Shown here in pieces: positions 16,369 through 26,718 of a DNA stretch of 36,087 bases. The translations under genes and the position numbers were made by a program. The stretch is from a virus. The DNA is taken from the UHGV virus genome UHGV-0213252; one strand, written 5' to 3'. The notes beneath the pieces are model-generated. The model made no database searches. It worked only from the letters and a program-made list of their open reading frames with translations, and was not told the origin of the DNA. The stretch's first letter is position 1. Each line of letters opens with the position of its first letter.

Positions 16369-16430
16369 GGTATACCGTCTATTGAATTAATGTCGCATTA
16401 TAAATAATTAAAGCGACAGCTTTATTTTTA

Positions 16431-19091
16431 TCATGCATCCGTCCTCGGTGTCGTTCCTCCGAAGTTGGTATATATTGCATAGAGATTGCTCTCAACCCTC
16501 TCTATGTCCATATAGGACATCGAGTAACCCGCGTACCATCCGACGAATGTATCGAGGGATAATCCGCGCAATGCACTTAGTCTGCTGGCGCAAGTCTCTA
16601 TCTTATTCATCTCTCTGTAATCCAGCGGGTCTCCTGCAGACGGTTTGGCGAATGCTTCGTATGTCATGCTCACACACCCCATCAATGTCTCGCATGCCGT
16701 CTGAATCCTCGCCATGTCGCTGTATGAGAATACCTCCGCCGATGAACCATCCCAACGTTTGAATTGGATCACTCCGGGATTCTGCGGTATAACCTGCTCC
16801 CATACCGCGTACAGATGTATCGTCGTATTCGTCAGATTGAGGACTATCTCTCCGTCGTCGTACTTGACGGTCGTCGAGCCCTCGGATTCCGCCCATCCGA
16901 TGAATGAGTAGGATGTCTTGCTGAATGTATTGAACATCAGCCTCTCGCTGATCCCTCTCCTTAATGTCTGCTCCTTGGTCTCGCTGGTCCCGTTATTGGC
17001 GTGGAATATGACCTTATATTTCTGCCTCGCGAACACTGCGGTAAACGTGGCGTTGCTCTTGACAGTGATCGTCCTCGATGATGATGTGGATCCATCGCTC
17101 CACTTGATGAACTCATGATCAGCATCGGGTGTCGCGGAGATCGTTATGCTCGTTCCGTATGCGAACGTTCCGCCTCCTGCGACGGAGCCTCCGACATCCT
17201 CCTCTCCGTCCTGCGATGATGCGAGGACCGTGATCGTATAGTTGTTCTTCTGCCACACGGCGTATAATGTGGTCGATGATGTCCCGTTCAGCGAGTATTG
17301 AACGCTTATCGAACTGCCAGCCTGATATTGGGCCGTGCTCGCTCCCGATGATAATGACCATCCGAGGAATGTGTGACCCTCCCTTATCGGGATGACCGAC
17401 GACACCGCCACTGTCCTCGGCGATGGCTGCGTCAGGGATTGTTTCTCGTCGGTGTTGTTCGACGGCGCATTGCTCCCGCCGTTCGCATTATATTTCAGCG
17501 TGGAGACCCATCTCTGCGGTGTCTGCGACCATACGGCGTATAGCGTAGTGGCTCCCTTTGGGAGATATGCGGATGTTCCCGTGAACTCCGCCGATGTCGC
17601 TGATGATGACTTCGCCCAACCGAGGAATGCCCATCCGTTCCGTATGGGCTTGACATCATCCCAACTGACATAGATCGATGTCTCCGACGTGGTCCAATCC
17701 GATACTTTCGGTGACGGCACCCCACTTCCGCCGTTCGCGCTGAAAGATACCTGACAACGATAGTAATTGGTCTCCGACGATACCCTCGCGGATTCCGGAT
17801 AGGGATATACCTCCGAGGTGTCGCTCGGCAAAGTCTTACCATCGCCGCTCGTAACGACCGTGGAACCGTAGACCAACTTCTCGATGTTTGTCCCTGTGTA
17901 AACCGTCTTCTTCTTGTGATAGTTATTGACCTCGGTCTCTACGGTAGCTCCTTCCCAATCGACATCGATAGTCTCTCCGCCATAGTGATCTATCGCCTGA
18001 TTGTAATTGTAATCGACACCGTCGTTGTATCTCGACGGCTGAAGGATCCTGTAACTCTTATAGTTCTGACCCGGGAAGATCATGCAGAAGAACAGCTTCT
18101 TCGAGAATGAGACCGACATCGACATCGATGATGTGACGTCCCCACTCGATGGGCTCCAGCTCGGCACGTCGTAGCCTTTGTTCGGCTTGGCATATATTAT
18201 GTATAGAGGCGTGTTCTTGTACATGAAGTACATCTGATTGTTCGACGATACACCGTAACTCACGCTCGTCTTCGGAACCTTCAGCGATAATGACTGCGTG
18301 TATGTTCCATTCTCCGATGTCGATATGGTACCATTGGTGGCATTGATCGTTACCGTGTACTCCTCGATTACATAGTATTCGAGGATGATCAGACCGTCTC
18401 CACCTTTTCCTCCAATACCATAGTTTCCAGACGAATCGAATCCGGAATCTCCGCCTCCGCCCGTTCCATAATGTCCGGGCTTTCCGCCTTCTTGAGCACT
18501 CGCATTGGCGGATGAATCGGTGTGAGGAGAATAACCAGCGTTGGTCGCATAGTTGTAGATGGTGCTATCTCCGATACCTCCTCCGCCTCCTCCTGCATTT
18601 AAGACGGAACCTCCATGACCGTACCCATTGCCGTCCTTGCCGCTTGCGCCTCCAGCTCCTCCGCTGAATATGGTCGATGGAGATGACCCTCCGCTACCGC
18701 CAGCTCCTCCATCTCCGTCAACTCCGCCGTTGACTGTCGTATATCCCTTGATTCCACCCTTACCGCCATTGACGTAGTAAGAGCCGAATGTGGTCTTGTT
18801 ACCGTCCTTACCGTTAGTACCTGCAATAGATGCACCCGTACCCTTTGCTCCATTGCCTCCAAGTCCGCCTGACCCTATGGAGTAGCTGATGGATTGACCA
18901 GACGACACCTCCATCGTGAACTGTGTACAGGCTCCGCCTCCTCCGCCTCCCCCCTCGTTGACTTGCGAGGAGCCTAATTTGGCGCTGCCTCCTCCGCCTC
19001 CGCCAGCTCCGATCATCGTTACCTTTACTGCCTTTACGCCCGACGGGACGGTCCATGAACCCGACCCTGATGTGAATGCCCTAATCGTCAT
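16431..19091 (-). CDS. Large tail adhesin: Gly-rich N-terminal domain plus Listeria-Bacteroides (Flg_new/InlB-B) repeats
   Basis: FTSGSGSWTVPSGV..V.V..IGAGGGGG; three ANGG..P.R.G..FLGW..TLYAVW-type repeats. Confidence 0.88.
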   Translation of the reverse strand: MTIRAFTSGSGSWTVPSGVKAVKVTMIGAGGGGGGSAKLGSSQVNEGGGGGGGACTQFTMEVSSGQSISYSIGSGGLGGNGAKGTGASIAGTNGKDGNKTTFGSYYVNGGKGGIKGYTTVNGGVDGDGGAGGSGGSSPSTIFSGGAGGASGKDGNGYGHGGSVLNAGGGGGGIGDSTIYNYATNAGYSPHTDSSANASAQEGGKPGHYGTGGGGDSGFDSSGNYGIGGKGGDGLIILEYYVIEEYTVTINATNGTISTSENGTYTQSLSLKVPKTSVSYGVSSNNQMYFMYKNTPLYIIYAKPNKGYDVPSWSPSSGDVTSSMSMSVSFSKKLFFCMIFPGQNYKSYRILQPSRYNDGVDYNYNQAIDHYGGETIDVDWEGATVETEVNNYHKKKTVYTGTNIEKLVYGSTVVTSGDGKTLPSDTSEVYPYPESARVSSETNYYRCQVSFSANGGSGVPSPKVSDWTTSETSIYVSWDDVKPIRNGWAFLGWAKSSSATSAEFTGTSAYLPKGATTLYAVWSQTPQRWVSTLKYNANGGSNAPSNNTDEKQSLTQPSPRTVAVSSVIPIREGHTFLGWSLSSGASTAQYQAGSSISVQYSLNGTSSTTLYAVWQKNNYTITVLASSQDGEEDVGGSVAGGGTFAYGTSITISATPDADHEFIKWSDGSTSSSRTITVKSNATFTAVFARQKYKVIFHANNGTSETKEQTLRRGISERLMFNTFSKTSYSFIGWAESEGSTTVKYDDGEIVLNLTNTTIHLYAVWEQVIPQNPGVIQFKRWDGSSAEVFSYSDMARIQTACETLMGCVSMTYEAFAKPSAGDPLDYREMNKIETCASRLSALRGLSLDTFVGWYAGYSMSYMDIERVESNLYAIYTNFGGTTPRTDA

Positions 19092-20686
19092 TGCCAACCA
19101 CCTGTACAGCCCTTAACGGCACATTTGAGCGAACCAGTGTACGTGTACTCCATCTCCGTCACGACCATCAGCGGAGCATTTTCCGCCGTCGTGAAGCGCG
19201 ACTGCATCCTGACGTAATCGGACGGATCCATACGGAGATCCCCGACCATCGTTGTCGACTTGCATGATGTCATCATTCCCTGTATGACGTGATTGGCGAG
19301 TATCGTCGCCTGCGCTAACGTCTCGATGAACGGATTCTCTATCGCTATATGCTCTTCAGGGACGTTCAGGTCCCTCGCTGGCGTGTAATATTGCTCGCCG
19401 TACTTGACGGAGAGCATGTTGTAGGAATCGTACGTATCAACAAAGGGATGGTCATACTGCACAACGGACAGGATGTTCCCATATGTGTCTCTGGTCCTCG
19501 GTCCGAACGTGAGCGTTCCGTGTCTGTCGATGTACATCTCGATACGGTCCCCGTCTATGAGGACATCTGCGTATTGGATGACGTACTGCGTTATCGTCAA
19601 CAGGTCCACATCCCCGTTGAATGTAACGTCCTTTTGGAATTGCACAGCATTGATGCTGTCATCGACAACGGAACCGATGCCGTAGGTCTTGAGCAGATTC
19701 TTTATCGTGGTCCCGATGCTTGTACCCGCCGAGAATGTGACGGCAGGTGCGACATCCTGCATGAGGACACGGCAGTCCATCGCCGTCACGTTGAACGTGC
19801 CTCCCGTGACGTAGGCATCGACGATGTAGAAACGGCCCATCGGTGCGGATACTTGCAACATGCGACCGTTTACCACCGCTCTGGCCGTCATCGTTAATGT
19901 GATGCTGTTCTCCTTGTCGAATGCCCTCCACGTACCGCTCGGATTGTCGGTGTCGAATATGCCGCCGATATTGATGTAGGATAGATCTAACTCGTCGGGA
20001 GATTGTGTGAGCCCCATCGGGTCGTAGGAGTAGAGGACCGATGTGCCTGCGCTGATGTACTCCGAGCCGACAGTATAGGAGGACCCGAACTCTATCTCCG
20101 CTATGCGGACGTGTGCCCTCGGTCTCGGTATTTTCGTGAAATTGATGACTATCTTGTCATAGTCCGTTATTATGGGTGTGTCGCCCTCGATGACGTTGTA
20201 AGCGACCTTGGTGTTGCCTGTGGCCGTATGTGTCTTGTTGAGGGTCGTCCCCGTGTAGAATTTGATGATAAAATCCGACGGGATGCACATCTCGTCGAAG
20301 TATAGCGTAAGGGATGAATTGTGAACCTTACCGCCGAATGATAGCGTCAATGTGTCGTTGATGTTGCCGTTATCGTCGCTTATCCCGTCCAGCCATATGG
20401 CCGTTTCAGGATAAGTGTCCGTCTTGGGATCCATATCAGGACATACCCATGATTGCCCCGATGCCACACTCATTCCCGCCCCCTCGAAGACTGCGATGCG
20501 GTTGATCTCATAGATGGCATTGGTGCTCTGGTGCATATTGGCGATGGACATGAGCTCATCGGGATCTAAGGAGAGGTCATCGGCCGATGTCTGGTCTATC
20601 CCGACCCCGACAGCTGCGAACAGCTTAATCTCCCTGTTAGGCGATGTCAACACGGCCACTTGGTCAGCGCTAAGACCTTTGAGCAT
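19088..20686 (-). CDS. Tail tip / baseplate hub protein
   Basis: Position after the distal tail gene; RIAEIEFG, PMGRFY, G..R.DP.D motifs. Confidence 0.7.
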   Translation of the reverse strand: MLKGLSADQVAVLTSPNREIKLFAAVGVGIDQTSADDLSLDPDELMSIANMHQSTNAIYEINRIAVFEGAGMSVASGQSWVCPDMDPKTDTYPETAIWLDGISDDNGNINDTLTLSFGGKVHNSSLTLYFDEMCIPSDFIIKFYTGTTLNKTHTATGNTKVAYNVIEGDTPIITDYDKIVINFTKIPRPRAHVRIAEIEFGSSYTVGSEYISAGTSVLYSYDPMGLTQSPDELDLSYINIGGIFDTDNPSGTWRAFDKENSITLTMTARAVVNGRMLQVSAPMGRFYIVDAYVTGGTFNVTAMDCRVLMQDVAPAVTFSAGTSIGTTIKNLLKTYGIGSVVDDSINAVQFQKDVTFNGDVDLLTITQYVIQYADVLIDGDRIEMYIDRHGTLTFGPRTRDTYGNILSVVQYDHPFVDTYDSYNMLSVKYGEQYYTPARDLNVPEEHIAIENPFIETLAQATILANHVIQGMMTSCKSTTMVGDLRMDPSDYVRMQSRFTTAENAPLMVVTEMEYTYTGSLKCAVKGCTGGWQ

Positions 20687-20690
20687 GGGA

Positions 20691-21062
20691 TCATATCTCC
20701 GTGAGGGTCATCGAGAGGGTGTAATACTTGAACCCTGTCGTAGAACCGCCATAATTGAGTAGCGGCGCTATCTCGAAATCGTTACCGCGATAGAACGTGC
20801 CGTTCTTCATCGTGTCCGTCTCACAGTCGAAGTACTCGTTGATGATGAATGTGTTTCCGCTGGTCGAGGCGATGATCTTGTCCTTGTCGCTCTTTGTAAC
20901 GACCGCCCATGAGACGGTTATCTGCTTCTTGACGGCGACACGGTTCTTGATCATCGTTCCCATAACGTTACGCTCGGTCCCCTCGTCGTTTATCTCCTGA
21001 CTGACCGTCGTGTACTCGGACGGCATCGGGAGTTCCTGTCCTTGAATCTTGAGCAAATACAT
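20691..21062 (-). CDS. Distal tail protein (DUF6711-like)
   Basis: LKI.G.ELP.PS...RN..GTM...RVAVK; follows the TMP. Confidence 0.7.
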   Translation of the reverse strand: MYLLKIQGQELPMPSEYTTVSQEINDEGTERNVMGTMIKNRVAVKKQITVSWAVVTKSDKDKIIASTSGNTFIINEYFDCETDTMKNGTFYRGNDFEIAPLLNYGGSTTGFKYYTLSMTLTEI

Positions 21063-22829
21063 CTACACGCTCCTCGCTATCGTTGCGCCTCTCCTGCGGC
21101 TTTCGATGGCGTTGTAATTGTGCGTTATCCTCGCGAGCTTCCTTCCGTCGATATTGAGCGTGATGTCCTGCCTCGATGGCTGGTCATCATACCTGCCTAA
21201 TGCGTTGCGGACGGATTTATCGATCATCTTCTCCAGCGTACTAACGGGAGCGATGGCCTCCTTTTCTTTTGTATTATCTCCGACGATGACGGGCATCGGA
21301 TTGTTGGGATTGACCACCCCTCCCTGTGCGAGCCTCGGGATCCTCAATGCTCCGAGGTCGAATCCGAAGTGTTGATCGAATACATCGAACCCTACCCCTA
21401 TGCCTGCGATGTTGTGGTTCCAAAGGTCGATTATGCCGTTGACAACGCCCTTGAAGGCATCGACCATGCCGTTGAATAATCCCCTCCAATCGATGTCAAA
21501 GAGGCCAGCGAACGTCCTCCCTATACCTGTAACGATGCTGTTGAAGGAGTTGACGAGGTCATTCCACACCCCTCCCCAATTGATGTTGAATATGCCCGTA
21601 AACCATCCGCCGACGGTCCTGACGGCGTTGCCGATAACGGACTTGATGTTATTGGCGGTAGAACCGAGCCAATCGAAGATACCCGTGAACCATCCCGTGA
21701 CCGCGTCCCCTATGGCCTTGTTGAGATTGCTAATCCCGTTCCTGACCTTGGTGGAGAATGTGCTCAATCCTACGGCCATGTCCCTGTATGTCTTCTTGAG
21801 GTCTATCTTGGATATGTGCTTTACAATCTTGGTTATTATGCGAGACACCCATCCGATGGCGGATTGGACGGGAGCGATAAGTCCTTGGATCTTCTCCTTT
21901 ATCTTACCTGCCAGATTGGCTCCAGCTTCCATCGATGCCTTTATTCTCTCGTACTGCTCCGTGTTGCGTTTGACATCATCGACATTGCCCAACGGCGTGT
22001 CATCCGTCGATGAGGAATCCGATGACTTGGATTGAACAGTGAGCTTGTCGAACCCTGCCAGCCCCTTGCCCATCTCCTTTACGTCATCGGCCATCTTGCC
22101 CGTGCTGTCCGATGCGTCGGACATCGTGTCCGATACCGATGATACGCCCGATGTGTCGAATGCATCCATCCACCCGAACATGCCCGAGATGAATCCCCAA
22201 TATGGAGCGACTACCTTCTCGACGAACCATGTCAATGCATCGGCGACGACCTCTATCGCTTTCGAGATCATGGAGAATATAGGCACGAGGACCGTGCCTA
22301 TCGATGTCTTGAGCTTGTTGATGGCATTGTTCATCCCCTCGGTCGCTTTCTTGTATTCATCCGGAGCGGCGAACGCCACGAGCTCCGACATCTTTTGATA
22401 CATCGCCTTGGCGACCTTTGCGATGGCCACTACGGCGATGGCTGCGATAGCGGCACCGACGGCCACCATCGCCCCCTTGCTGGTCTTGGCCAGCCCTTTC
22501 ATGGAACTGCCGACGGCACTTATGCCCTCGCGCATCTGACCGAATTGAGGATTGATCTTGGAGAGAGCGACCGATAATGTATTGGCGACCGATGCCCCTC
22601 CCTGACCGAACATCTTCATGGCAAGGGATGCCTCTTTGGTGGATGTGCTGACATCCTCTATCGGTTTGACCACCCTATTAAATGACGGCTTTATGCTGGC
22701 CGTCGCATTATCGACCGACCTCTTGAGCGAGGTCATCTGCGTCTTTACGCTCGCAACACCCTGTTTAACTTTGTCAGTCGCGAGGCTGACGACTATCTTC
22801 AGTTCACTTATGTTTCCGCCTATCATCAT
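21063..22829 (-). CDS. Tape measure protein
   Basis: Ala-rich helical sequence, periodic Trp repeats, IPRLAQGGVV and LNIDGRKLA C-terminal motifs. Confidence 0.9.
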   Translation of the reverse strand: MMIGGNISELKIVVSLATDKVKQGVASVKTQMTSLKRSVDNATASIKPSFNRVVKPIEDVSTSTKEASLAMKMFGQGGASVANTLSVALSKINPQFGQMREGISAVGSSMKGLAKTSKGAMVAVGAAIAAIAVVAIAKVAKAMYQKMSELVAFAAPDEYKKATEGMNNAINKLKTSIGTVLVPIFSMISKAIEVVADALTWFVEKVVAPYWGFISGMFGWMDAFDTSGVSSVSDTMSDASDSTGKMADDVKEMGKGLAGFDKLTVQSKSSDSSSTDDTPLGNVDDVKRNTEQYERIKASMEAGANLAGKIKEKIQGLIAPVQSAIGWVSRIITKIVKHISKIDLKKTYRDMAVGLSTFSTKVRNGISNLNKAIGDAVTGWFTGIFDWLGSTANNIKSVIGNAVRTVGGWFTGIFNINWGGVWNDLVNSFNSIVTGIGRTFAGLFDIDWRGLFNGMVDAFKGVVNGIIDLWNHNIAGIGVGFDVFDQHFGFDLGALRIPRLAQGGVVNPNNPMPVIVGDNTKEKEAIAPVSTLEKMIDKSVRNALGRYDDQPSRQDITLNIDGRKLARITHNYNAIESRRRGATIARSV

Positions 22830-23135
22830 AGCCCAACCGTTTAACGGATGCGTAGCGTTGGAGCGTGATCATCAGAGCCTGCTGACGTGCGAGCTCCTGT
22901 TCCTCCTCGCGTTTCTCCTGCATCCTCTTCTTCAATTCAGAGAACTCCGTCGGTGGGTACAGGTGCCCCAGCCTCTCCAAGGGATCGCCTCCCTCTGTGG
23001 CTAGGCTGATGGCCTGTACCTGTGTTACGGCATCCATCCTCTTGAGGTCTATGTCGGCCATGTGTTTGACCATGACCGCGTCATAGATCTCCCGAGGCGA
23101 TGCGCTGATGATGCCGACGGACAGTCCTATCGCTT
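22804..23135 (-). CDS. Tail assembly chaperone C-terminal extension (gpGT-like, -1 frame)
   Basis: Frame is open upstream of ATG 23073 through the end of the chaperone gene; IGLSVG..ASPREIYD. Confidence 0.6.
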
Positions 23136-23483
23136 TCAGACGAGCTCTGATGCCTGCTGACCGTCCGTAGCGTCCGACGAGGAATCTCCACCTTTCGGAG
23201 CCGAGATAAACCCCGCCTCGGCGAACACGGACATGATGATCCCGTCCTCCCCCATGAGGTCCGTGAGCGTGAACCCTGCGTTGATGAGTTCGGTCAACGG
23301 ATAGCCGAGGACGGCTGTGCAGATGCGATTCACTCCGAGCAATGATGGGTTGCCCTTATCCGTGAGCATCGATTCGATGCCGTCGAAGATGTTGAACCCG
23401 TCCTTCTCCTCGAGCTCTATCGCTTTCTCGATGTCTATGCAGAAATTGAACTCATGCTCACCCTTCTGAACGATCATCGTCAA
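23136..23483 (-). CDS. Tail assembly chaperone
   Basis: Position between the major tail gene and TMP. Confidence 0.7.
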   Translation of the reverse strand: MTMIVQKGEHEFNFCIDIEKAIELEEKDGFNIFDGIESMLTDKGNPSLLGVNRICTAVLGYPLTELINAGFTLTDLMGEDGIIMSVFAEAGFISAPKGGDSSSDATDGQQASELV

Positions 23484-24136
23484 TCACTCCATACAGCATA
23501 TAACACGGTGTTTCCGTGGATCGTGAACTTCTGGCCAGGATGATAGATCTCTCCGCTTCCGTCGGATGATGTGGCCCAATACTTGAACTGCTTGCCCGTC
23601 TTCGTGAAGCTGTTGTCCATGACGGTAACGAGTGATCCATTGGCGTAAGGGCTGTTGGTGTCGGACATCGTTCCTGTACCAGTATTGGCATCGTAGCTGA
23701 TGGCGTATGTCGCGTCGAGGTCGTCGAAGATCATCTTCGTCCTTCCTGCGAGGCTGATGACGAGCTCCTGAACGGTGGACACTCCGCCTGCGCTGATGTT
23801 GTATGTCCAATCCGCCCTGATGGTCATCTGTACCTTCAGGAGCGGGATCTCCAGCTTCCAATCGTAGGCCTCGTTGATGTTCATGGTGTTCATGACCATA
23901 TCAAGGTTGGAATCCGCGCTATCCGTGGGCATAGCGTTGAACGTGAATTGAAGGTCAGGCATATCAGGAATGTCCTTGATGTATGTCTTGACCGTGTCCG
24001 ATAAACTCGTAGCATCGAGCTTTGAAAGGTCTCCTTCCCCTACCTGTGGGTAGGTCTTCATCTCTTTGAGCTCCTTCCATGCTCCATTGATCCTAACGTA
24101 GAGCTTTGCGTCTCTACAAGTTACTGCCTCTGTCAT
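23480..24136 (-). CDS. Major tail tube protein with C-terminal Flg_new repeat
   Basis: LDATSLSD..KTYI..I.D motif; YDANTGTG..F..W..LYAVW. Confidence 0.85.
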   Translation of the reverse strand: MTEAVTCRDAKLYVRINGAWKELKEMKTYPQVGEGDLSKLDATSLSDTVKTYIKDIPDMPDLQFTFNAMPTDSADSNLDMVMNTMNINEAYDWKLEIPLLKVQMTIRADWTYNISAGGVSTVQELVISLAGRTKMIFDDLDATYAISYDANTGTGTMSDTNSPYANGSLVTVMDNSFTKTGKQFKYWATSSDGSGEIYHPGQKFTIHGNTVLYAVWSD

Positions 24137-24145
24137 GCGATCATC

Positions 24146-24517
24146 TCAATTGTGGTAGCTCCCGCCACGCTTGTCCAGCGTAGCGCGTAAGCTGATGTTC
24201 GCGCGATACAGAGCGCAGTTCGAATCGAAACCCGAACTGCCACCGATTCTAATGATGTTATACTCGGTATATAAATCGTTCAATTCCGCGAGGAGGTCTT
24301 CGGCATCATCGGGTGTATCGGCGTACACGTCAACGGAATAGGTCATAGACGAGATTATTTCCTCTCCCCCTATCACAAGGTCGGCTACACCGCTAATGGT
24401 CGATATGACAACGAACGGAGCCTCTGGGAAGACCTGCGGGAACTCCCTGAATACTTTCCCCTCGAAGTCGGGCATCTGCTTGGCGATTGCGATCATCTGG
24501 TCCATGTTGCGTATCAT
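24146..24517 (-). CDS. Tail terminator-like protein
   Basis: PFVV..YSVDVYA; synteny. Confidence 0.7.
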   Translation of the reverse strand: MIRNMDQMIAIAKQMPDFEGKVFREFPQVFPEAPFVVISTISGVADLVIGGEEIISSMTYSVDVYADTPDDAEDLLAELNDLYTEYNIIRIGGSSGFDSNCALYRANISLRATLDKRGGSYHN

Positions 24518-24999
24518 TCTGTCAGCTCCTTGTCTATCTCTCTCTGGAGTATTGCGCGGATGTTATTCTCGTTGTCATAGAGCGCTGGTCTGATGTAGGG
24601 TTGCGCCCTCTGGCCCCTTATCTCCACGGAGTAATCGACATCCGCGACATGATCTCCGTATGTGCGACCTGTGTCGCTTCCTCTCGTTCCTGTTCCATAT
24701 TCAACGTAAGGCGCATAATGCAGATTGGTTCCGAGCGTGATGTCCGTTCCCTCTGCCGTCGGTATGATCTCCGTGTTGATGCTCTGTTTCAACGCTCCCG
24801 TATCGACGGGAACGCGAAGGATGGCCGTCTCCCTCATGATGGCTGCTATCTCATGGGATGCCCCCTCTATCGCTCCGCTCACGTCATTGGGAATGCCATC
24901 GAGCTTGAGCATCAGCTCGTCCAATCCGAGGATTGATTCAGTGTCGATGACATCCTGATCCGTGATGCGCATCGTCGTGCCCTTGCGGACCGATACCAT
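24514..24999 (-). CDS. HK97 gp10-like tail completion protein
   Basis: PVDTGALKQSI, YAPYVEYGT, AQPYIRPA. Confidence 0.88.
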   Translation of the reverse strand: MVSVRKGTTMRITDQDVIDTESILGLDELMLKLDGIPNDVSGAIEGASHEIAAIMRETAILRVPVDTGALKQSINTEIIPTAEGTDITLGTNLHYAPYVEYGTGTRGSDTGRTYGDHVADVDYSVEIRGQRAQPYIRPALYDNENNIRAILQREIDKELTE

Positions 25000-25000
25000 G

Positions 25001-25315
25001 TCATACCCTCTTTAACGTCAGGCTCCAGCCGTTGATGTGCTTGCTCGATTCCAACACCTCGTAGAGCTCGTCGGTGTCGATGTCCTGCAGGCGGTCTCCT
25101 ACTCCCGCTTTTGATTCGTAGAAGGCAGTGTACACAGAACCGTCAGTGATCCCATACGCCTGACGGGTCTGTGGGTTGTTCATGAGGTATAGCGTGGCCC
25201 ACGATACAGGCCCTGATCTGTATGTGGCCTTCGCCACCCCGCGAGAATCGGATGTCTTGGGAAGAATGCGTTTTAGGTGACGCATCAAGGTCCTATTGCT
25301 CTTTAACGGCATCAT
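25001..25315 (-). CDS. Head closure protein
   Basis: Synteny; YGI, VGDRL motifs. Confidence 0.65.
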   Translation of the reverse strand: MMPLKSNRTLMRHLKRILPKTSDSRGVAKATYRSGPVSWATLYLMNNPQTRQAYGITDGSVYTAFYESKAGVGDRLQDIDTDELYEVLESSKHINGWSLTLKRV

Positions 25316-25625
25316 GACCTATCGGCCTCCTCCATCTGTTCATCCGAATCTGGAGTTCGGGAGGGATGGAGGACCATGTCCTGCTTATCCCTCCCTCTGA
25401 TGCCGACGTAGAGCCTTCCGCGCCTGCCATGTTAACGGAGATAGTTGCAGTGTCCACAATTATGCTGTCTATTGATGGCCCAGGATCGAAGGAACGATTA
25501 GTGTAGTCAAGGAACAGACTGACGGCGTTTGCGAGTTCCTGACGGAGGTATTCGTCAGATTTACCGCTGGCCGATGGTTTTTGCTTGAACATGGTGAGAC
25601 GGCGGTCTTCATCGTTATTCGACAT
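25293..25625 (-). CDS. Head-tail connector (adaptor) protein
   Basis: DYTNR, GAEG..S.SEGGISR.W. Confidence 0.8.
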   Translation of the reverse strand: MSNNDEDRRLTMFKQKPSASGKSDEYLRQELANAVSLFLDYTNRSFDPGPSIDSIIVDTATISVNMAGAEGSTSASEGGISRTWSSIPPELQIRMNRWRRPIGHDAVKEQ

Positions 25626-25679
25626 CGGATTTTAGAATGATGTCGGATTATTTAAGCTATCACGTTAAAAAATAAAGGT

Positions 25680-25702
25680 GGGAATGGTCAGCGACCATTC
25701 CC
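25680..25702 (-). terminator. Terminator after the major capsid gene
   Basis: gggaatggtc-agc-gaccattccc then TTTATTTTT on the minus strand. Confidence 0.75.
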
Positions 25703-25713
25703 TTGGAATGCGT

Positions 25714-26703
25714 TTAGGTCTTCGCATCGACGATACATGCATAGCATCCGTCCCTTTTGTTCTTAGGGACGATCGTATCGAAGTATGCGCGGAAGAGGAT
25801 CCTTGTACCGTCAGCGGTCTGATTCTCGGATGCAGGAACGATCTTTGTCGCCTGATATGCCTTGACGACCATCGCCGAATCGGGAGCGACGATGAGGAAG
25901 GCGATCTTCAGTCCGCCTGTTGTGGCGGGTTTGAATCCTCCAGCCGTCTGGCCGTCTGTGAATCCATCGTTGGTCGTGAACTTCGTGTACATCCTTGATT
26001 CGGGCATCCAAACGATGGACTGTCCGCTGATGGTAGGTGTCCTTGTATCGACACCTGCAAGCTGCGAGACGTTCTTGACCTTCTGGACCTCGGTGGATCC
26101 TTCGATGATGCTCCTGTATGCGCCGTTCACGAAGATTGTGTAACCGTCCTCGATCCCTGTGTTGTCACGGAGCTTGTTCAATGCATCCACGATCTTGCTG
26201 ATGAATGTGGCCACGACAGGTGTGTAGCCGTACTCGATGTTGTGTCCAACACCGGTAGTAACGGTTCCCTGATTGCCGATGATCCTCTGTGCGATCGCCG
26301 CCATTGCGAGGGCATCGATTTCAGGAACGACCTTCTGCCTCACGAACTCCGTGATGACACGTCCAGCCTCAAGCTGTCCTGCCTCCTGCATGATGTCGAC
26401 ACTGTCGAGGTCGAATGATCTCGCCCTGTCGTTCGCGAGGGTGTAATCCTCCCATCCGAGAGAGACGGAGCCTGAAGGGTAACCCTTCTGCTTGTCGTAG
26501 TTTCCGAGGCCGTCCATCGTCAATGACGAGAGCTGGCCTGTCTTAGCCTGCTGGAATCCCCTTACGAGTGCGGGATTCGGTGTGAGCATCGATGTCTTGG
26601 ATTCGGCCATATAGACCTCGTCGGACATCTCGCTTATTGCCAATTTGATGGCATCAAGAGTATTAGCTACGCCTTGAGGCCATGTCTTTGAGCCTGTTGC
26701 CAT
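25714..26703 (-). CDS. Major capsid protein (HK97 fold)
   Basis: DGLGNYD...GY..G.V...WE.YTL..DR...F..D.VD and EF.R.KVVPEIDA; follows the scaffold. Confidence 0.88.
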   Translation of the reverse strand: MATGSKTWPQGVANTLDAIKLAISEMSDEVYMAESKTSMLTPNPALVRGFQQAKTGQLSSLTMDGLGNYDKQKGYPSGSVSLGWEDYTLANDRARSFDLDSVDIMQEAGQLEAGRVITEFVRQKVVPEIDALAMAAIAQRIIGNQGTVTTGVGHNIEYGYTPVVATFISKIVDALNKLRDNTGIEDGYTIFVNGAYRSIIEGSTEVQKVKNVSQLAGVDTRTPTISGQSIVWMPESRMYTKFTTNDGFTDGQTAGGFKPATTGGLKIAFLIVAPDSAMVVKAYQATKIVPASENQTADGTRILFRAYFDTIVPKNKRDGCYACIVDAKT

Positions 26704-26718
26704 GAGTTGTGATTCTCC

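Noticed and set aside
18380..19010. Low-complexity CCT/CCG repeats
   Set aside because: Explained by Gly-rich coding in the adhesin N-terminal domain
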